From Takakia lepidozioides (lineage: Eukaryota > Plantae > Bryophyta): a stretch of DNA of 64,000 nt. Every line of letters begins with the position of its first letter. The stretch's first letter is position 1. A program made the position numbers and the translations under genes. Of this stretch, positions 36,540 to 49,855 are shown in pieces. Location of the stretch: the NCBI GenBank assembly GCA_030704615.1, contig CM060731.1, forward strand, positions 60,884,001 through 60,948,000, given 5' to 3'. The notes below the pieces were generated by a model that saw only the letters and a list, made by a program, of their open reading frames with translations, was not told the DNA's origin and ran no database searches.

Positions 36540-39500
36540 ATAATCATGGCTCGTCACCTTCCACAGGTGTGAACCCTTGACCGAGGGTTTCAACTAACTC
36601 CCTCGATGTCGCTTCTTGTCCCCCTGGAGAAGCCGGATTCTTATTCGCGGTGGTATTGAAACTGGAGGAAGAGCTGTCCAGATTGTGTACATCTTTTGGC
36701 GCAACGCGTTCTTGGGTATTTGGAGTACTACCTAGATTATCAACCGTGAAATTTCTTGGCCCTCTCTTTCCCTTTCCCACATTAGCCGCAATCTGCCCTG
36801 GACTCTGTTGATGATTTCCATGTTCTCATCTTCGTCTTTCTCCTCCTCCTCGTCCTCTTCTTGTTTCTCTTCCATTTCCTCGTCCTGATCCTTGTCGTCT
36901 GTATTCGTCATCATTCTTCTTCGTCCAACTTCGTCATCCTGCAGTGACTCTCCTCATCTCCGTCTCCTGCGATAGTCTGATGTCAATCTGGAGGGTCCGA
37001 AATAGGCCTCCACCTTGCTTTACAAAATTTCTTTTTTCGTTACAAAGTTTATGTCGAGCACACGATATTTCTTTCCTGCAATGAAACCAAACAATGATAT
37101 CAAAATAAATCCGACAAACACCAACCATCGAAAGATTGAAAGGGTTAGGCTTTCTTTGAGAGACAATACAAACACACCAAACTGCAGAATAACAAACACC
37201 CAAAACACCCACAACTCCAATAACATGAACATCCACTGCCCAGTGGAGGTTAACAAAATGGAAACAATCAGACACAGGTTAAACACGCTATTCCGACAAC
37301 ATCAATAATACGAGAGTTAAATCCGGGAAAACTGAAAACACAGACAATTCCAAGATGCAGAATCCACTTACAAGCAGAACGTATGTCATTGCCAGTCCTC
37401 CAAAAATGTTCATACAAGACATTCCGTCCCTGCAAAAAACAAAAAAAACCAGGTAATCGTAGGTGTCCGGCCTCAGACATGATTGTAAGTCCTGCACTCA
37501 TTCTCCTGTGAGGTCAGGTCTACATCTGGTCCTTGGATAACGGGATTAATTGGGTCCGGCGATACAAAACAGTTTGAATGTGGTCGTCCGGATCACCATC
37601 TCCTCAGTTGTTGCCGGAAATACGTAGTCGAGGCAGAGGGCCATCCGGGAGAAAATAGTCGTGCAGCTCTTGTAAGGTGATTCAAACTCGCCGGGAATGT
37701 AATAACCTTGTCAGATAATAAATGATTTTGATCCAGGGCCATTCCGGATGTATGACACAAGATTTCCCGATGATTTTGTGTCGCGAAAACACAAAAGCAC
37801 TGGACATGAGCTTCCGAGCCACAAAAAGCATCCAGGATATTTGAGTAGTCCTTTGCCTCGAAACAACAGAGTCATCATCACAAACTGTATTGACGAACAC
37901 CATGGATATGTCGTCGAACCGATTCTTTGGTGCAAGTCCCAACCGTGATCTGGCATCAGCAAAGTTCTTGGTTTCCCCCCAGCTGTGTGTAATGGGGACC
38001 TGAAGCTCGTGCGTAGAATCGCCAGGGCATTCTGGTTATCCTTGAAGGTCTGCTTGCACGACAAGATATACTTCTTGAAGGCAGCAGCAGAGTCATTGGC
38101 TACGTCTCCATATTCATCTTCTGTTTGCTAACAATGTCGTCGTTCCCGAGCCTATCTCGAAATGTTTACAACTAAGCTTTGTTGAAGTTGTATTTTTTTT
38201 TAACATCACGCCCTCCTGTTTGATATACAGTTCCGGGTTTTTTGCTCCTCCGAGACCACCCTAAGACTTCCATTACATCGTCGATAATAAAAACCGTCGC
38301 AATTTTCATTTGGTCAATATACGCGCTCATTGTGTTTTTTGGATTTGTCCGCGCCCTTTGAATTTCGTTCCCGAATGCCAAAGGTCTCTGTTTAGGATTT
38401 TCTCCGCCACTCTTTTCAACTGCCTGCTATTAAGTCCTTGCAGTTTTGCGATAGTGGTTTTATTCAGCGGGTAGCTGTTCACCCTTGCACTGAATCCGAA
38501 AATATGAATAAGCTTCCCTTGTTCCCACTGTTTGTAAAACCTCCTCCCACAGGTTCCATACGTCTTCGTCACAGAGAACCAGAACCATGCCTCTCACACA
38601 ATACTCATCTCTAGTATGAGTTGACATGCTTGCGTAAATTCCAGCGGAAAATTATCAGGGCCAAAGTTAGGACATTTCATTCGATATTTGATATTAATTT
38701 TTGAGATAAAACAATAGTCACAACTATCATGTCAATTATACTATACACCAAGTGATGATGCGATTGTCAATTCATCTCCGTCCATCTTGTTGTCCCTTGT
38801 AATTTGAAGCTCTTTCTGTAGTGTCTCTGCTTCGGAATGCGGTGCTCCTCCAAGTCAAATTTGTCCAATCTGTTCACGTTCTCCACCAGGAACAGTTCCA
38901 AGATTGTACCTAGAAAATCCAATGAGCATGAAAAGTTTTGGAAGCGTTCTCCGCAACATCACGTTTTCATGATCAAATGATGTTCAAGTATTTTTGCGGC
39001 ACATTTGCGGAACTGTTACAGGTGGAGAACATAAATAATTGGGGAAAATAAGATCTGGACAAGCACCTCATTACCAAACATGACACATTACAAAAGACCC
39101 CATCATGTCGAATTTTTGAATGCTGAACCATCCCGCTCGTTCATTGTAGCACCCTCCCTTATGAAGCTATTTTTGTAGTGTCTCCTGCTTCGTAATGCGG
39201 TCTTCGTTCGTCACATTAAATCCGAGCTTGAAAATATTTTGGTTCTCTAGTAAAAGGAACAGAAAACACAATGAATCATTTACCTTCCATTCGACACCCT
39301 GTCAGTCATGAGCTTGTTGAGAGGCCAATCGAGGTTCCAGCTTCTTGGTGAGAATAGTGCAACACGGGAGAAAATTCCCAACTTACCTGAGCATGGATGG
39401 CATGCATACTTTTGGCTTCCCTCGGCTTGTGGGGGCATGCATAGTTGTCACAGTTCATTATTAATAAAAATGTCTCATTTGAACCAAAGTTCTTGGCTTG

Positions 39501-39630
39501 CACTGGAATGCCACCTCTGTCAGTTCCCTCTGTCCATGGGGAAGTTGCTTACACGCTCGCCCCCCCATGCTTCTTGTCAGACGTCGTAATGATTGGTTTC
39601 CGCAGCGCATCTGCACAGGTCATATACCTT
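36540..39630 (-). pseudogene. Decayed multi-exon coding region upstream of the NIF domains; possible degenerate MTase motif X-I near 37370-37490
   Basis: Fragmented ORFs with splice-like signals; CLRPDTYDYLVFFVFCRDGMSCMNIFGG; acidic tract 36800-36930. Confidence 0.35.
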
Positions 39631-39631
39631 A

Positions 39632-42600
39632 TGACTGCATACCGTTGGCAGTTATTGCGCAAAGGCCAGGGGCCGCATTCCGCAGACAAGGTTCATTAAT
39701 TCTCTGACAGTGGATTTTCGGGAGAGTGGGCTCCCCGGATTCGTGAATAGGCTTCGTCGCTTGCAATAATCGGCCCTGCATTCCTTCCCCTCGCTACATC
39801 CCCCCTTCTCCCAGGGCGCTTGTCCGAACGCCGTCCTGGCAGTCTTGTGTGCACATCTCCCATGGCAGAAAACTCGAGCGCTATAGTGTACTGCCCTCCT
39901 CACGAGCATAGAGCTACATTTCCGTGCAGAGGGGAGATATGCCGGGTGATGGAGAAATATCTCTGCGTTCGATACCACCTGAAACCGGGGTCGGTATTCT
40001 TGGAGGAGGAAATGAAGGATTCAAACAGAGTTGTAGTCGAAAGTATTGTTGTGCTCCACGATGATTTCGGCGACGGCAGGGAATGGCGAGTTCCACCATC
40101 GGACAACGTCATATACAGGGCTGTTGGGGACTTCATTTGCCCGCCAAATGCGCCTTCTATCCTGGCGCCTTCCACGAAATAATCCGCGAATCAGAGAGTG
40201 GGTACCTCAAAGAGAGAAGTCCGCAACAAAGTAAATCCAGAGCCGAACCCATCAATGAAGACGAGCGAGAACCGGGTTGTTCACAACCTGTCCGACTCCG
40301 ACGAGGTCATGGAAGTTCCGAGATCATCCTGGAGATCAGGCAAGTCCTCAATGGACATCAGCGGACGAGGGAGTCATATTCCCAGCACGAACACAACAGT
40401 TCGATCCATTCTTGAAATTCTGCGATGGCTTCACATGGAGGGACACCGCTCGGAGCTGGCTGGGCTGGACTACAGCAAGTTCGCAATTAAATCCGTTACA
40501 TGCCTTCCCGCAGACGTCGACGGTAATATCTTCTTTGAGTTCCCTCCTCGAACGAACTATTCCAGGGCGTCCAGAATGTTGACAGATATGGATAGGACAC
40601 ATGACGATCATCCTTGGTGCATCACCAAAACCACCAGCATGAAGATGCTCAATGGTGTGCAGGTGCGCTACGTTGTTTGTGCGGACGCGTTGCGGTGTTT
40701 CTCCCCAACTTGCTTCCACTTTAAATCCAGAGGTCACAGGAACGAGACGGATTGGACAAGCACAGCTCATCAACCATTTCGAGCTCAGGAGAAGGTTCCA
40801 AACTCCACATTTAAGTGTGCGCATTGCATAGAACCACCACATTGCATGTCTATTTGTAATGCCAAGCAGTTCTATGTGTTGCACCGTTTCCCTGACCTCA
40901 CACGAGCTTGCATACACGTTGGTTCCCATTGTCACAAATTGGCGAGGGGGAACTCACGGGAGGCTGCCCACGAGGCAGAGCAGCTCGTTCAGGAGGAGGA
41001 TAAGCTGAGACCTGGTGCCAAACCCAAACAGATACAGCTGCAGGCCGCCCATTAGATGGCATTGGCCAGAATTATGTCGGAAGACGGCTCCGACAGAGTT
41101 CCTCTCATTGAGAAGGAAATGGAGGCATTGCTGGAGTCAGTGTCCCATGTCTGTTCATCGAATGTCCAAAACCACATTGTCTCCTGCAAACAGAAAATTG
41201 GGCGTGGCTCGGATATGCACTCCATTCTGGAGGTCAAGCGACGATGTGGATATGACTACATTCATGGAAGTAGGTTTCCAGGACAAGGGACTGAGGCAGA
41301 TCGTTGTTTCGTATTCAAAATGTCCACGTGTGGGCCTGGCAGCAGCGTCGAACTGGTCGACCGGATGACGAGTGGGGACTTGTCAAACAGTTGGGTCATG
41401 TTCGACCATATCAAGCGAATTACAAATCACCAGTGGGTGACAATGGGTGCACATGTCTACGACACCCACTGCAGGATGCTAATGACAATTGCTATTTGTG
41501 AGATGAAAGGAGAGGACACACAATCGGAGATGCTTCTTTGGCAGGGAATAAACGAACAGATGGCCAAGGCGGGATTGACCCCTCCCAATTTCCGTGGTTT
41601 CATGGCGGACAACGCACAAGCAAATTGGGCTGCCATCCGAAGGGTGTACGGGCAAGACCCCAATGTTCCCATGGAAGGCAAGGAGAGATCTTGTGGGTTC
41701 CATTTTCTGCAGAGCCTTTCGCAGTACACAACCAGGCTCGTGGCGCCAGATTTCAGAGAGGAGCACCGTTCCATGTGCCTTGCGTGGAAGCGCGCTCCCA
41801 CCTTGGATGATGCAGAGACACAGTTTGCATGTATATGGGCTTGGTGGACATCGTCAGGTGCTGTAAGGAAATCAGACGAGGGAGCAATGGTCAGTTGGCT
41901 AGCATGGTGGCATTATCGTTTCCTCCAGTTTGGCGACTATATGCGGGAGGTGAGTTGCACGAATTCGCGTCCCGTTGAATATTATTCTTGGCCATATTTG
42001 TAACTTGCTTGTAACCTCAACATGTGCATGTGCAGGAAATGTGTCTAGACTCCGACACCAACATGCCCACGACAAACATGGCCGAATCAGTGCACTCTTC
42101 CTGGCGTGCCTCCTCTGCAGCGCATCTGGTGGACATCCTCACTGCCACAACGGAGGACATTGTGAGGTCAATTATGCAGCAATGCAGGTACAACGAGTTC
42201 TTGAAAGGGAAACAATGGGGCTTGGGGCCGGACAGGCAGGAAATGTTGATGCGGAATGCTTCTAGATCGAAGAATCCTCGGAGGTGGGCGGCAGCCTTTC
42301 GAGAGGGCCTTCGGGACACGCCATTGCTTCGAAGAGACCAACACTTGGAAGGAGATGTTCATACCCGTCCAGTGAGACAAAGACTTGATGAGGCACCTGG
42401 CGGAGAAGAGGATTCATGGCGAGCTAACAAGAATATTCGCACGCTCCCTCGTGGTCCCGTGATATTGCCCGAGGAGGTCTCGTCGAGCACCGCAAGTCCT
42501 GCACGTTCAAGATCGCCATCTCCTTTGAGGACAGGGCACGTGCCCGAGGAACATAACGAGCCATCTGTAGTAACGCAGTACAACATTCCCATTGTGGAGA

Positions 42601-44163
42601 CAAGAGTGTCGGAGTCACAGTGGAGAATTGCAAGGACATTGCCGGCATTTCGAGGGAAGTGCTGCGCCATCCGGGTGGATACGAGGGCACGCTGTGGTGA
42701 GATGATTCGGAGGAACCCACACGGTGCTGTACCTGCACCTTGTTTCAGCGACAGATTTTTGACTCCCACATTTGCTCACGCCACAACGCAGACATTTTGG
42801 TTTTGTAGGCACGACATAATGACCTATGTATTTGGCAAGCCCAAGTACGGGATTCAGGGAATGCCGGAGCCTGCGGGCGTCTGGCCTGTTGCACCGAGTT
42901 GCAACCTCTCTCAGAATGAGGCGGATGCTTTTTCTGGAGCAGGATTTTGAATGGTGCAACGCACAGACGTCCCGGCCCACGCATTTCCGGTTCCTCAGAC
43001 CCAGCCATTGCAGACTACTCGGTCCAGTAGAGACGGATTGGACAATTCTGCATATCCCACAATGCGATTCGGAAGAGTGAAGAGACGACACCCTCCCAAC
43101 AAATTGAATGAGACTCGGATTGCCAATGCTCTTGGGATGGCTTGCATTATTCAGAGCTCCGTGGACGTACCCCCACCCGGCCTTGGGCGTGTTTATCGGA
43201 TGGCAACGGTCGGCTCAGCTGTACGCGATGACGTATACACAATTACGATTGGAGTGGCGCCGACTTGCAATTGTACGGACTTCTCGTTGATGGAAGCAAA
43301 GAAGGGTTCAAAGTACTATCCATGCAAGCATCTGTATTACATTTATCTCAAGAGGTTGAAGATAAACTTGACTATTGATGACTTTATTCATGCACCAGCG
43401 TTGAGCGTGAACGAGCTGCACAATCTCCTCCGCCGGGATTTCAGAAATCATTGATGGGGCAAAGGGAATCCACCATATGAATATTTTCAATTGCATTTTG
43501 ATGCATTAGACTTTGTTTTGAACTGTAATGAAATGCACCCCAAAACTCCAGGAATGAGAAAGGCAGTATTCCAGAAAACTGAGTTCCAACAGTAGCAGTT
43601 GTGGGGCCATTTCAAGAAAAATGGCGCCGAATTTCCCTATTTTGGGCCGAAAACTGGCTAAGTTCCAACATGCACGGGAACGATGTCTGGAAAAATGGCA
43701 CCGAATTTCCAGTTACATGGCCCAGAACTGCCCAACATCTGTGTAATCCCCGGCACCATGTACCAAAATTCGGCGCCACATTTCCAAATTTTGGGCTTAC
43801 ACACCTGCTATGTTGGGACCTATAGCTGCGAAATTCGGCACCATTTTTTCGCCAGAGACACCTATTACCGCGAAATACGTTGCAGATTTTTCTGGTTGCG
43901 GAACCTATTACCGCGAAATTCGGCGCCATTTTTGCAGATGTCGTTCGGAATTCGCATGAGCGGAAGACGAAATATCAGGAGCACGGCTTTCAAAACTACA
44001 ATTTTTTTTTCAAACAATGAATATTATACTGTTTTTCTGACATATTTCATTAAAATAATGTTTTTAAATGTTTTTTATTTCCCAAATTTGTACTTCTGCT
44101 CATGAAAACCAATTGTCTTGCTACTCTGCTCATGCCACTCATGCTCATGAAATAGCTAACCTC
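39632..44163 (+). mobile_element. MULE copy B, left-truncated
   Basis: Homology to copy C begins at tgactgcataccgttggc (39632 vs 53025); ends ...GAAATAGCTAACCTC. Confidence 0.9.
39862..43454 (+). pseudogene. GCM-like/DDE/SWIM MULE transposase with three premature stops
   Basis: Stops at 40180 (TAA vs CAA in copy C), 41053 (TAG vs AAG) and 42948 (TGA vs CGA); intron 41950-42035. Confidence 0.92.
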
Positions 44164-45449
44164 CTGCGAAGGACAATCAGAACAGATGGATGCTTGCTTT
44201 TCTATCCCTCCTGACCGCCAAAGATGTTTTTGAAGAAATCCAGCTAGCGTTCCTAATGATCGGACACACCCATGAGGACATCGACGGGTTCTTCAGCTAC
44301 CTATCGAAGAAGCTGAAGGAACGAAGCACCTACATTCTTTCTGATTTGATGAGGTCTTTTATGACCTCGCAAGATCTGCAGTTCATTCCACAGATTATTC
44401 AGGAGGTTCCTGACTTCAAGAATTTTATCAAGGGCTGTATTCTGGATGGAAAAGAGGCGTTGGTCGGGATTTCGGAGATGCACGTCTTCCGCTTTTTTAA
44501 GGATGCGGAGGGCTGGCCCGTCATGAAGTACAAGAAGTCCGCTACTGATTCGGATTGGCTTCCAACAAACAATAGCGTGAAGATGTGGAAGTCCAATCCT
44601 AACGGGACTCCGAAGCTCGCTGAAGGAGTCCCAGACGCCGTTCCAAGGAGACCTATTTGGGGAGTAGGGGACGACTCTTCCGAAAAACAGTCATTCATTA
44701 AGAATGGAATAAAAAAATACAGGGATTTTTGGACGAAAAGAATGATGCTTGACGATCATTACAGAGGTCGAATGGAACAATACAACCAGTACTGGGGAAA
44801 CATTCTCGCCGAGTTGGATAAGTCAATTCCAGAAGCTCCCGACCGTATTCAGTTTCTTGAGGGATTATGGCCGAAAACAAATTGGTCCAAGAATCATCAC
44901 AGAGATGGAATCCATCCACATACATTGCTAGATGTGGAAGAAGATGATGAAATCCTAGAACCTTACTGTGGCCTGAGGTGTGAGCGACCAAGAATATCCC
45001 TGAATCCGTTCAAGGATATTGAGAAAGGGTTTTTTGTGCTCGTTCGCCCTTATGACCCAAGTACGTGCCCGGTCTGGATGGGGGTGGCAATATCTGACGT
45101 GATCCGCGAAAGGGAGGATCCTAATTTTAAGAAGGTGAAGGTGGAGTGGTGGAGACCGAGAAAAGGTGGTAACCCAACAGACTTGGAAAGGTACAAAGAC
45201 TGTTGGTCAAAACTTTGGGAGTATAACTCGTCAGATCCTCCTCAATGGATCCATGTGAACAATGGTCTGTGGACAATGCCTCCACGAAAAAATACGACAA
45301 GGAATAGCACTAAGAGAATTACTGCCGCCGAAGCAATGAAGGCGCGCGCTAATTTGGAGGAGGCTAATCGTCAGTCAGAAAGCGAGTCGTGCGAGCGAGT
45401 TCTAGACCAAGGACATATTGTTGAGGTCAACTCCAGTACTTCGATTTAA
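44164..45449 (+). mobile_element. C-terminal part of a Sola-like (DNxxxNxN...GHTHEDID) transposase, 5'-interrupted by MULE copy B
   Basis: AKDNQNRWMLAFLSLL..FLMIGHTHEDIDGFFSYLSKKL; open for 419+ aa; C-terminal FFVLVRP..PVWMGVA..KVEWWRP beta-barrel-like module. Confidence 0.7.
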
Positions 45450-46999
45450 GAAATAATTTTTTCTTCTCTATATGGCCCTTCTTGTTTGCGTTGGGGGATC
45501 TTTTTTGTTATCTTCTTATGTCGCACTGAACCTCGAATGTCCAGTGGACGTTCTCGTCCTTTGTTTCTGGTTTGCTGGATGCTGGCCTGCTGTACGTCCT
45601 GGTCAACAAAGATGACCCTGGGGGGGGTTTCGCCTACATAACATATAGATCACAAGAACAAAATGGGCAGGCACGACCACTGGAGTCTTCAAATTCGGTC
45701 AAAGAGGTTTTTAACAACGGAAGAAAATAGCCCATTTCCAGTCTTTCTATGAAATATTGGACTTGCTTTTCGCATAACCAATTCTCCCACAGAAGTCTCC
45801 CACTAGGAGGAGCCTTACTCAATCGTTGTTGACATACAGTTTTTCAATTTGCCAATCCTCAAGTTTTTTCTATGAGGTTTTCCTCCATTTTCCCTCTAAG
45901 CTCTATGACTTTTCTGCACCAAATTTTCATTTCATTTCATTTTCATACTTCTCATCTTTTGCCCTGGTTTAAGAGGGAATTTCACATGTCTTTTTCCGTT
46001 GTTCAAATTTTAAGCAATTTTTATTTCTCATAGTTTTTATTTGGTGGTCTGACTTTTTATCCTCTCTCATGTTTTCTTCAGATCCATTTTCTCCCATGAG
46101 ATCTAGGCGCTTCCCAAAAGTCGTTATATAACGTCATTTTCTTTCCAAATCTATTCATACCATAACCATAGCCATAACCATAACCATTATGGTTATTGAA
46201 ATGTCTTCTCCCTTCACATTTGCGCTAGCTTTTTTCTTTGTTTTGGATTGACATGCATTTAGGCATGTTACAGTTTGCTTTCTATGTTACATCTTAATAC
46301 TAAGTCCAGGTTCCAACGACGAGTCTTTCATTTAAATACTTGTCCATAATATTAGGTTCTTCCATTTTTTTTTGCTTACTAGTACCCTACTAACAACACT
46401 AAGTTCTAGCGAAGTCTGGTGTTTTCCATAAGACTTAGTGTTTGTCTATTTTGTAACTTAAACAAAAACCCTAAACCCTTGGGGCAGCAGCCACAGCCCC
46501 TAGAATCCATGCATCTTTCTCTTACTCATCAAGAGAAGAGAAATACATGACTTCAAATTTTTCTCTTTGCTTGAGCCCACGGGTGTAGAGGCAGACACAA
46601 ACACAAAGACTTGACATTGTTGTTAGTATATGACTTCATGTCATGATTATATATTACAATAATGTGGTAGATATATTAGGATTGAAATTACTGATATTCA
46701 TTCTGGTGTTTGCAGCATTTAGGCGATGATGAAACCGATAGGTCGATGTATACAGTAGCCACATGTGTTTAGCAGTCACTGTCATCGCTGCAAAACTTTT
46801 GTAAATCTTAAAATACACGGCATCAGATCTTCACAGGTTGATACTGCTCAGAATTTTTTTATTGAATTTCCTAGTGGAAGTCCAAGTGATACAATACTAT
46901 GACTACTTGATAGATTTCAGGGAAACTACCAAGTTTCGCAAATTCAGTGTTTGTCAAGCATCAAGGCCATCAGAATGAGATGAGGATGAATCCACCAAC

Positions 47000-47225
47000 C
47001 TGCTCAGCAATGCGCGCGACTTGAGAATATGACTCTTGGATGTCATGTTCAGCAAAGCGGGAAAGGAAGAGGTTGGACACCATGCCTGTAGCAACAATAA
47101 AGGGTCCAGTGCCCAACATTAACAGGGATATCTGCCAGCAGCTGATAAACCCCGCTGCAATGCCTCCAATGGCATGTTGTGGATGTAATTTCAAGTATAG
47201 ATTAGTTCGTACCAACAACATTTTC
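47000..47225 (-). pseudogene. Isolated exon fragment of an ABCB (P-glycoprotein; ABCB6/20-like) transporter
   Basis: GGIAAGFISCWQISLLMLGTGPFIVATGMVSNLFLSRFAE.IQESYSQVARIAEQ followed by a GT donor; neighbouring exons not recognisable. Confidence 0.7.
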
Positions 47226-47892
47226 CTGCAATGAAAACATTACAATAATTCAATCGCTTTCTGAGACCTGTGATTTAAAGTGTAACAAAAACTCGGTACT
47301 AACCATCATCACGCCACTTGGTTGTAGCAACTAATATAATATATTAGACCAAATTATTTATCACATTAGCTACCATAAAACGCTGTAAACAACTGATAGA
47401 TAGCCATTTTAGCTTTTACCTCCCGTTCCCTTGCAACCTCCATACAAGTTCTTTCTCTTCTTCATATGCATCAACAAACAACAACGGCTTTCCATTTCAC
47501 AGTTCTCCTGATATGATGCGCTGTGATGCATGGTCCCGGACATCCTTGTCCGACTTATTATACCTACAGATATAGTAAGCATATTCATGATGTAAGTTAG
47601 TGTTTTGTTTTTTAAGATGCACTACAAATAAGACATTGAAAGGCAAAATCCAAAGAGAGATGAGGAGATAAAACTTACTTTTCATATGAGATAGTACTTC
47701 AATGTCTCGTAATCTGCATCCCAACTTCAATGGGAACACCAAAGTTGCTCATTCTTGAGATCCGAGTCCCTCTGCCACTCTTGTTTGTAATTTTTCTTTT
47801 GTTGATTCCCATGGATGAAGGTAATTGAGTGGTATACGTACGTATAGTGTTCCTACCAACAGACATCTTGTCATACTAGATCTCAGAACTCA

Positions 47893-49855
47893 CACTACAG
47901 GAAAAGGGGGGCCTTTGCGACGCCCGCGCCATGCCGCAGCGTCGGGAAAACGCCATTTTCAGGCATGCGGCAGGTGTAGAATTTGCGACGCCCAGCCGTC
48001 GCCCTACAATCGCAAGGGCGTCGCAAAAATGCGACGTATGGGGGTCGCGAGCCCCCACCCCAACTCCTGCAACTGCCGGACGTCGGTTTTTCAGGCCGTC
48101 CGCGCCGATGGCAGGAGCCTCTTTGAGTGACATCTCACCGTCACGGCCCTCCAGCCGACGGCGTTGGTGGGGGCGCCGGCGCAACGTCGCATTTTTTTTT
48201 TTTCTAACCTGCCCGGGAGTCCCATCCTAAAACCCAAAAACACGTGGCGTAAGCCGGGTAGTACGCCAAGCGACTATTGGGCGTGGCAAAAAACAGCAGG
48301 AGCAGGAGTCGGTCTCCGCCACGCCCGGGCGTGGGTTGTTGCAACGCTCCGGCGTCGATTTTGTTTTAAATTTCATCAAAAAAAAATGTGGCGCGAAAAG
48401 AGTGGCGGTCTCCGCGACACCAGGGCGTCGCGGCTTGCGACCCCCGGACTAAAAAACACGTCGCAGGGGGTGACGGGCGTTGCAGCCCGCAAATGGGGTT
48501 TGCGACGCCCAGCTGTCGCTGCTTGCGACCCCCGCCCAGAAAACATGTCGCCATTGGCGACGTGCTGCAGTCTCGAGGGCAGCTTGGTGGGGGGGGGGGG
48601 GGGGGGGGGTTGGGGGTTGATTTTGGGGGTGAATTGGGGGTGGTTTTTTGTTTTTTCCCTGGTTTTGTATTTGGGGATGGGAGAACTTACAGTTCCATTT
48701 CTCTGATTTAGCAGGTACACAATTGAGCAAGCATGAATCGAGGGTGAGGACAGTGCGACACATGAATAAGATGGAAGATGGAAAGATGGAAATATATTTA
48801 CAGGAAATGAGCTGAAAAGCTCACAAGGGTTCAGTAGGCTGACCCTGGGACCTACATGGACTAGGACTAGTCATCCTCATCCTCATCCTCAGTGGAGGAC
48901 TTAGAGCTATCTGATGAGCCTGATGACTCCGCGCCCTTTGCCAGAGCACGTAAATGAGGCGGCGTTCCCCTAAGTCCCACAGAGCTCTCATCCAATCACT
49001 GGGCATGACCCTCGACCTCATCCATACTAGTGCCTTGTAGTGCACTCATCCCCTCTGTGTTGGCCATGTTCTTCATGAGGGATTGCCAACCATGCTCCTT
49101 GGCGTAGTTGTACTCTACCGAAGATGGCTTCCTCTCAAACGCGCGTTGCTACACATGCCACAAATTAAAGTCAGTTCTTCGCGATGATGGAGCCGGAAAG
49201 AAGACATAACAAAATCCATAGGGAAGTACGACTTACAAATCGCAAGATAAAACCCTTGGATCCGCCGGCGCCCCACTTGTGTGTGGATTCGTGCTTGTCA
49301 AGGCGGACTGTTGTTGCTTCGCGTGCCCGGTCAAATTTGGCCTTGTTTGCGGCATCAGTCTCTCCCGCAATGAGTGCATCCCACGATACCTATGCACCCC
49401 TCCCCCAACAATTAGTGAATTACACACATACGTTGCATTGAATCCACCTCATTAATGCACATGCGACAAATGGAAGATGACATGATTCAGGATTTGCCAA
49501 CCTGTGTAATTCCATAAGGTGGTTTGGGTATGGCCCCCTTTTCCATTGCCCTCCGAATTATCTGTCTGGCACGGTACCTCCTGTCCTTCAAGTTTCGCCC
49601 CACCATCTCCATCACCCTTGTGTCACTCCAATTTCCTGGAAACCGGCGGTCTAACTCACGGGCATACGCCCGCTTCGCGCCAAAGTGCTGATCAGCCCAC
49701 TCGATGTGCAAAGGGAACCACCTCAATGCGAGTTCGAAGGCTGGCTTCTTCATAGCCTCCCAGAATGCACCGCAAGGGTCACCATGGCGATTCATCTCCA
49801 CCGGTGGCACCATGATCTTTGCCAACTCCACGTCCTGTATCGCCAAGGCCATCCC
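47893..49855. mobile_element. CACTA/En-Spm element end with subterminal TGCGACG repeats, interrupted by a Gypsy LTR
   Basis: CACTACAGGAAAA at 47893; many direct and inverted tgcgacgc/gcgtcgca motifs to ~48570; TnpA-like exons. The other terminus was not found. Confidence 0.8.
48821..49852 (-). pseudogene. 3' exons of a CACTA TnpA/Ptta-like gene
   Basis: GDPCG..FPLHIEW..MVGRNLKDRRYR..PPYGITQ, intron, then VSWDALI..KAKFDRAR..THKWGAGG. Confidence 0.6.

Noticed and set aside
16240-39632. Left TIR/TSD that would make the NIF cassette cargo of MULE B
   Set aside because: No GAGGTT..TATTTCATGAGC terminus or ctgcgaagg-like TSD was found by eye.
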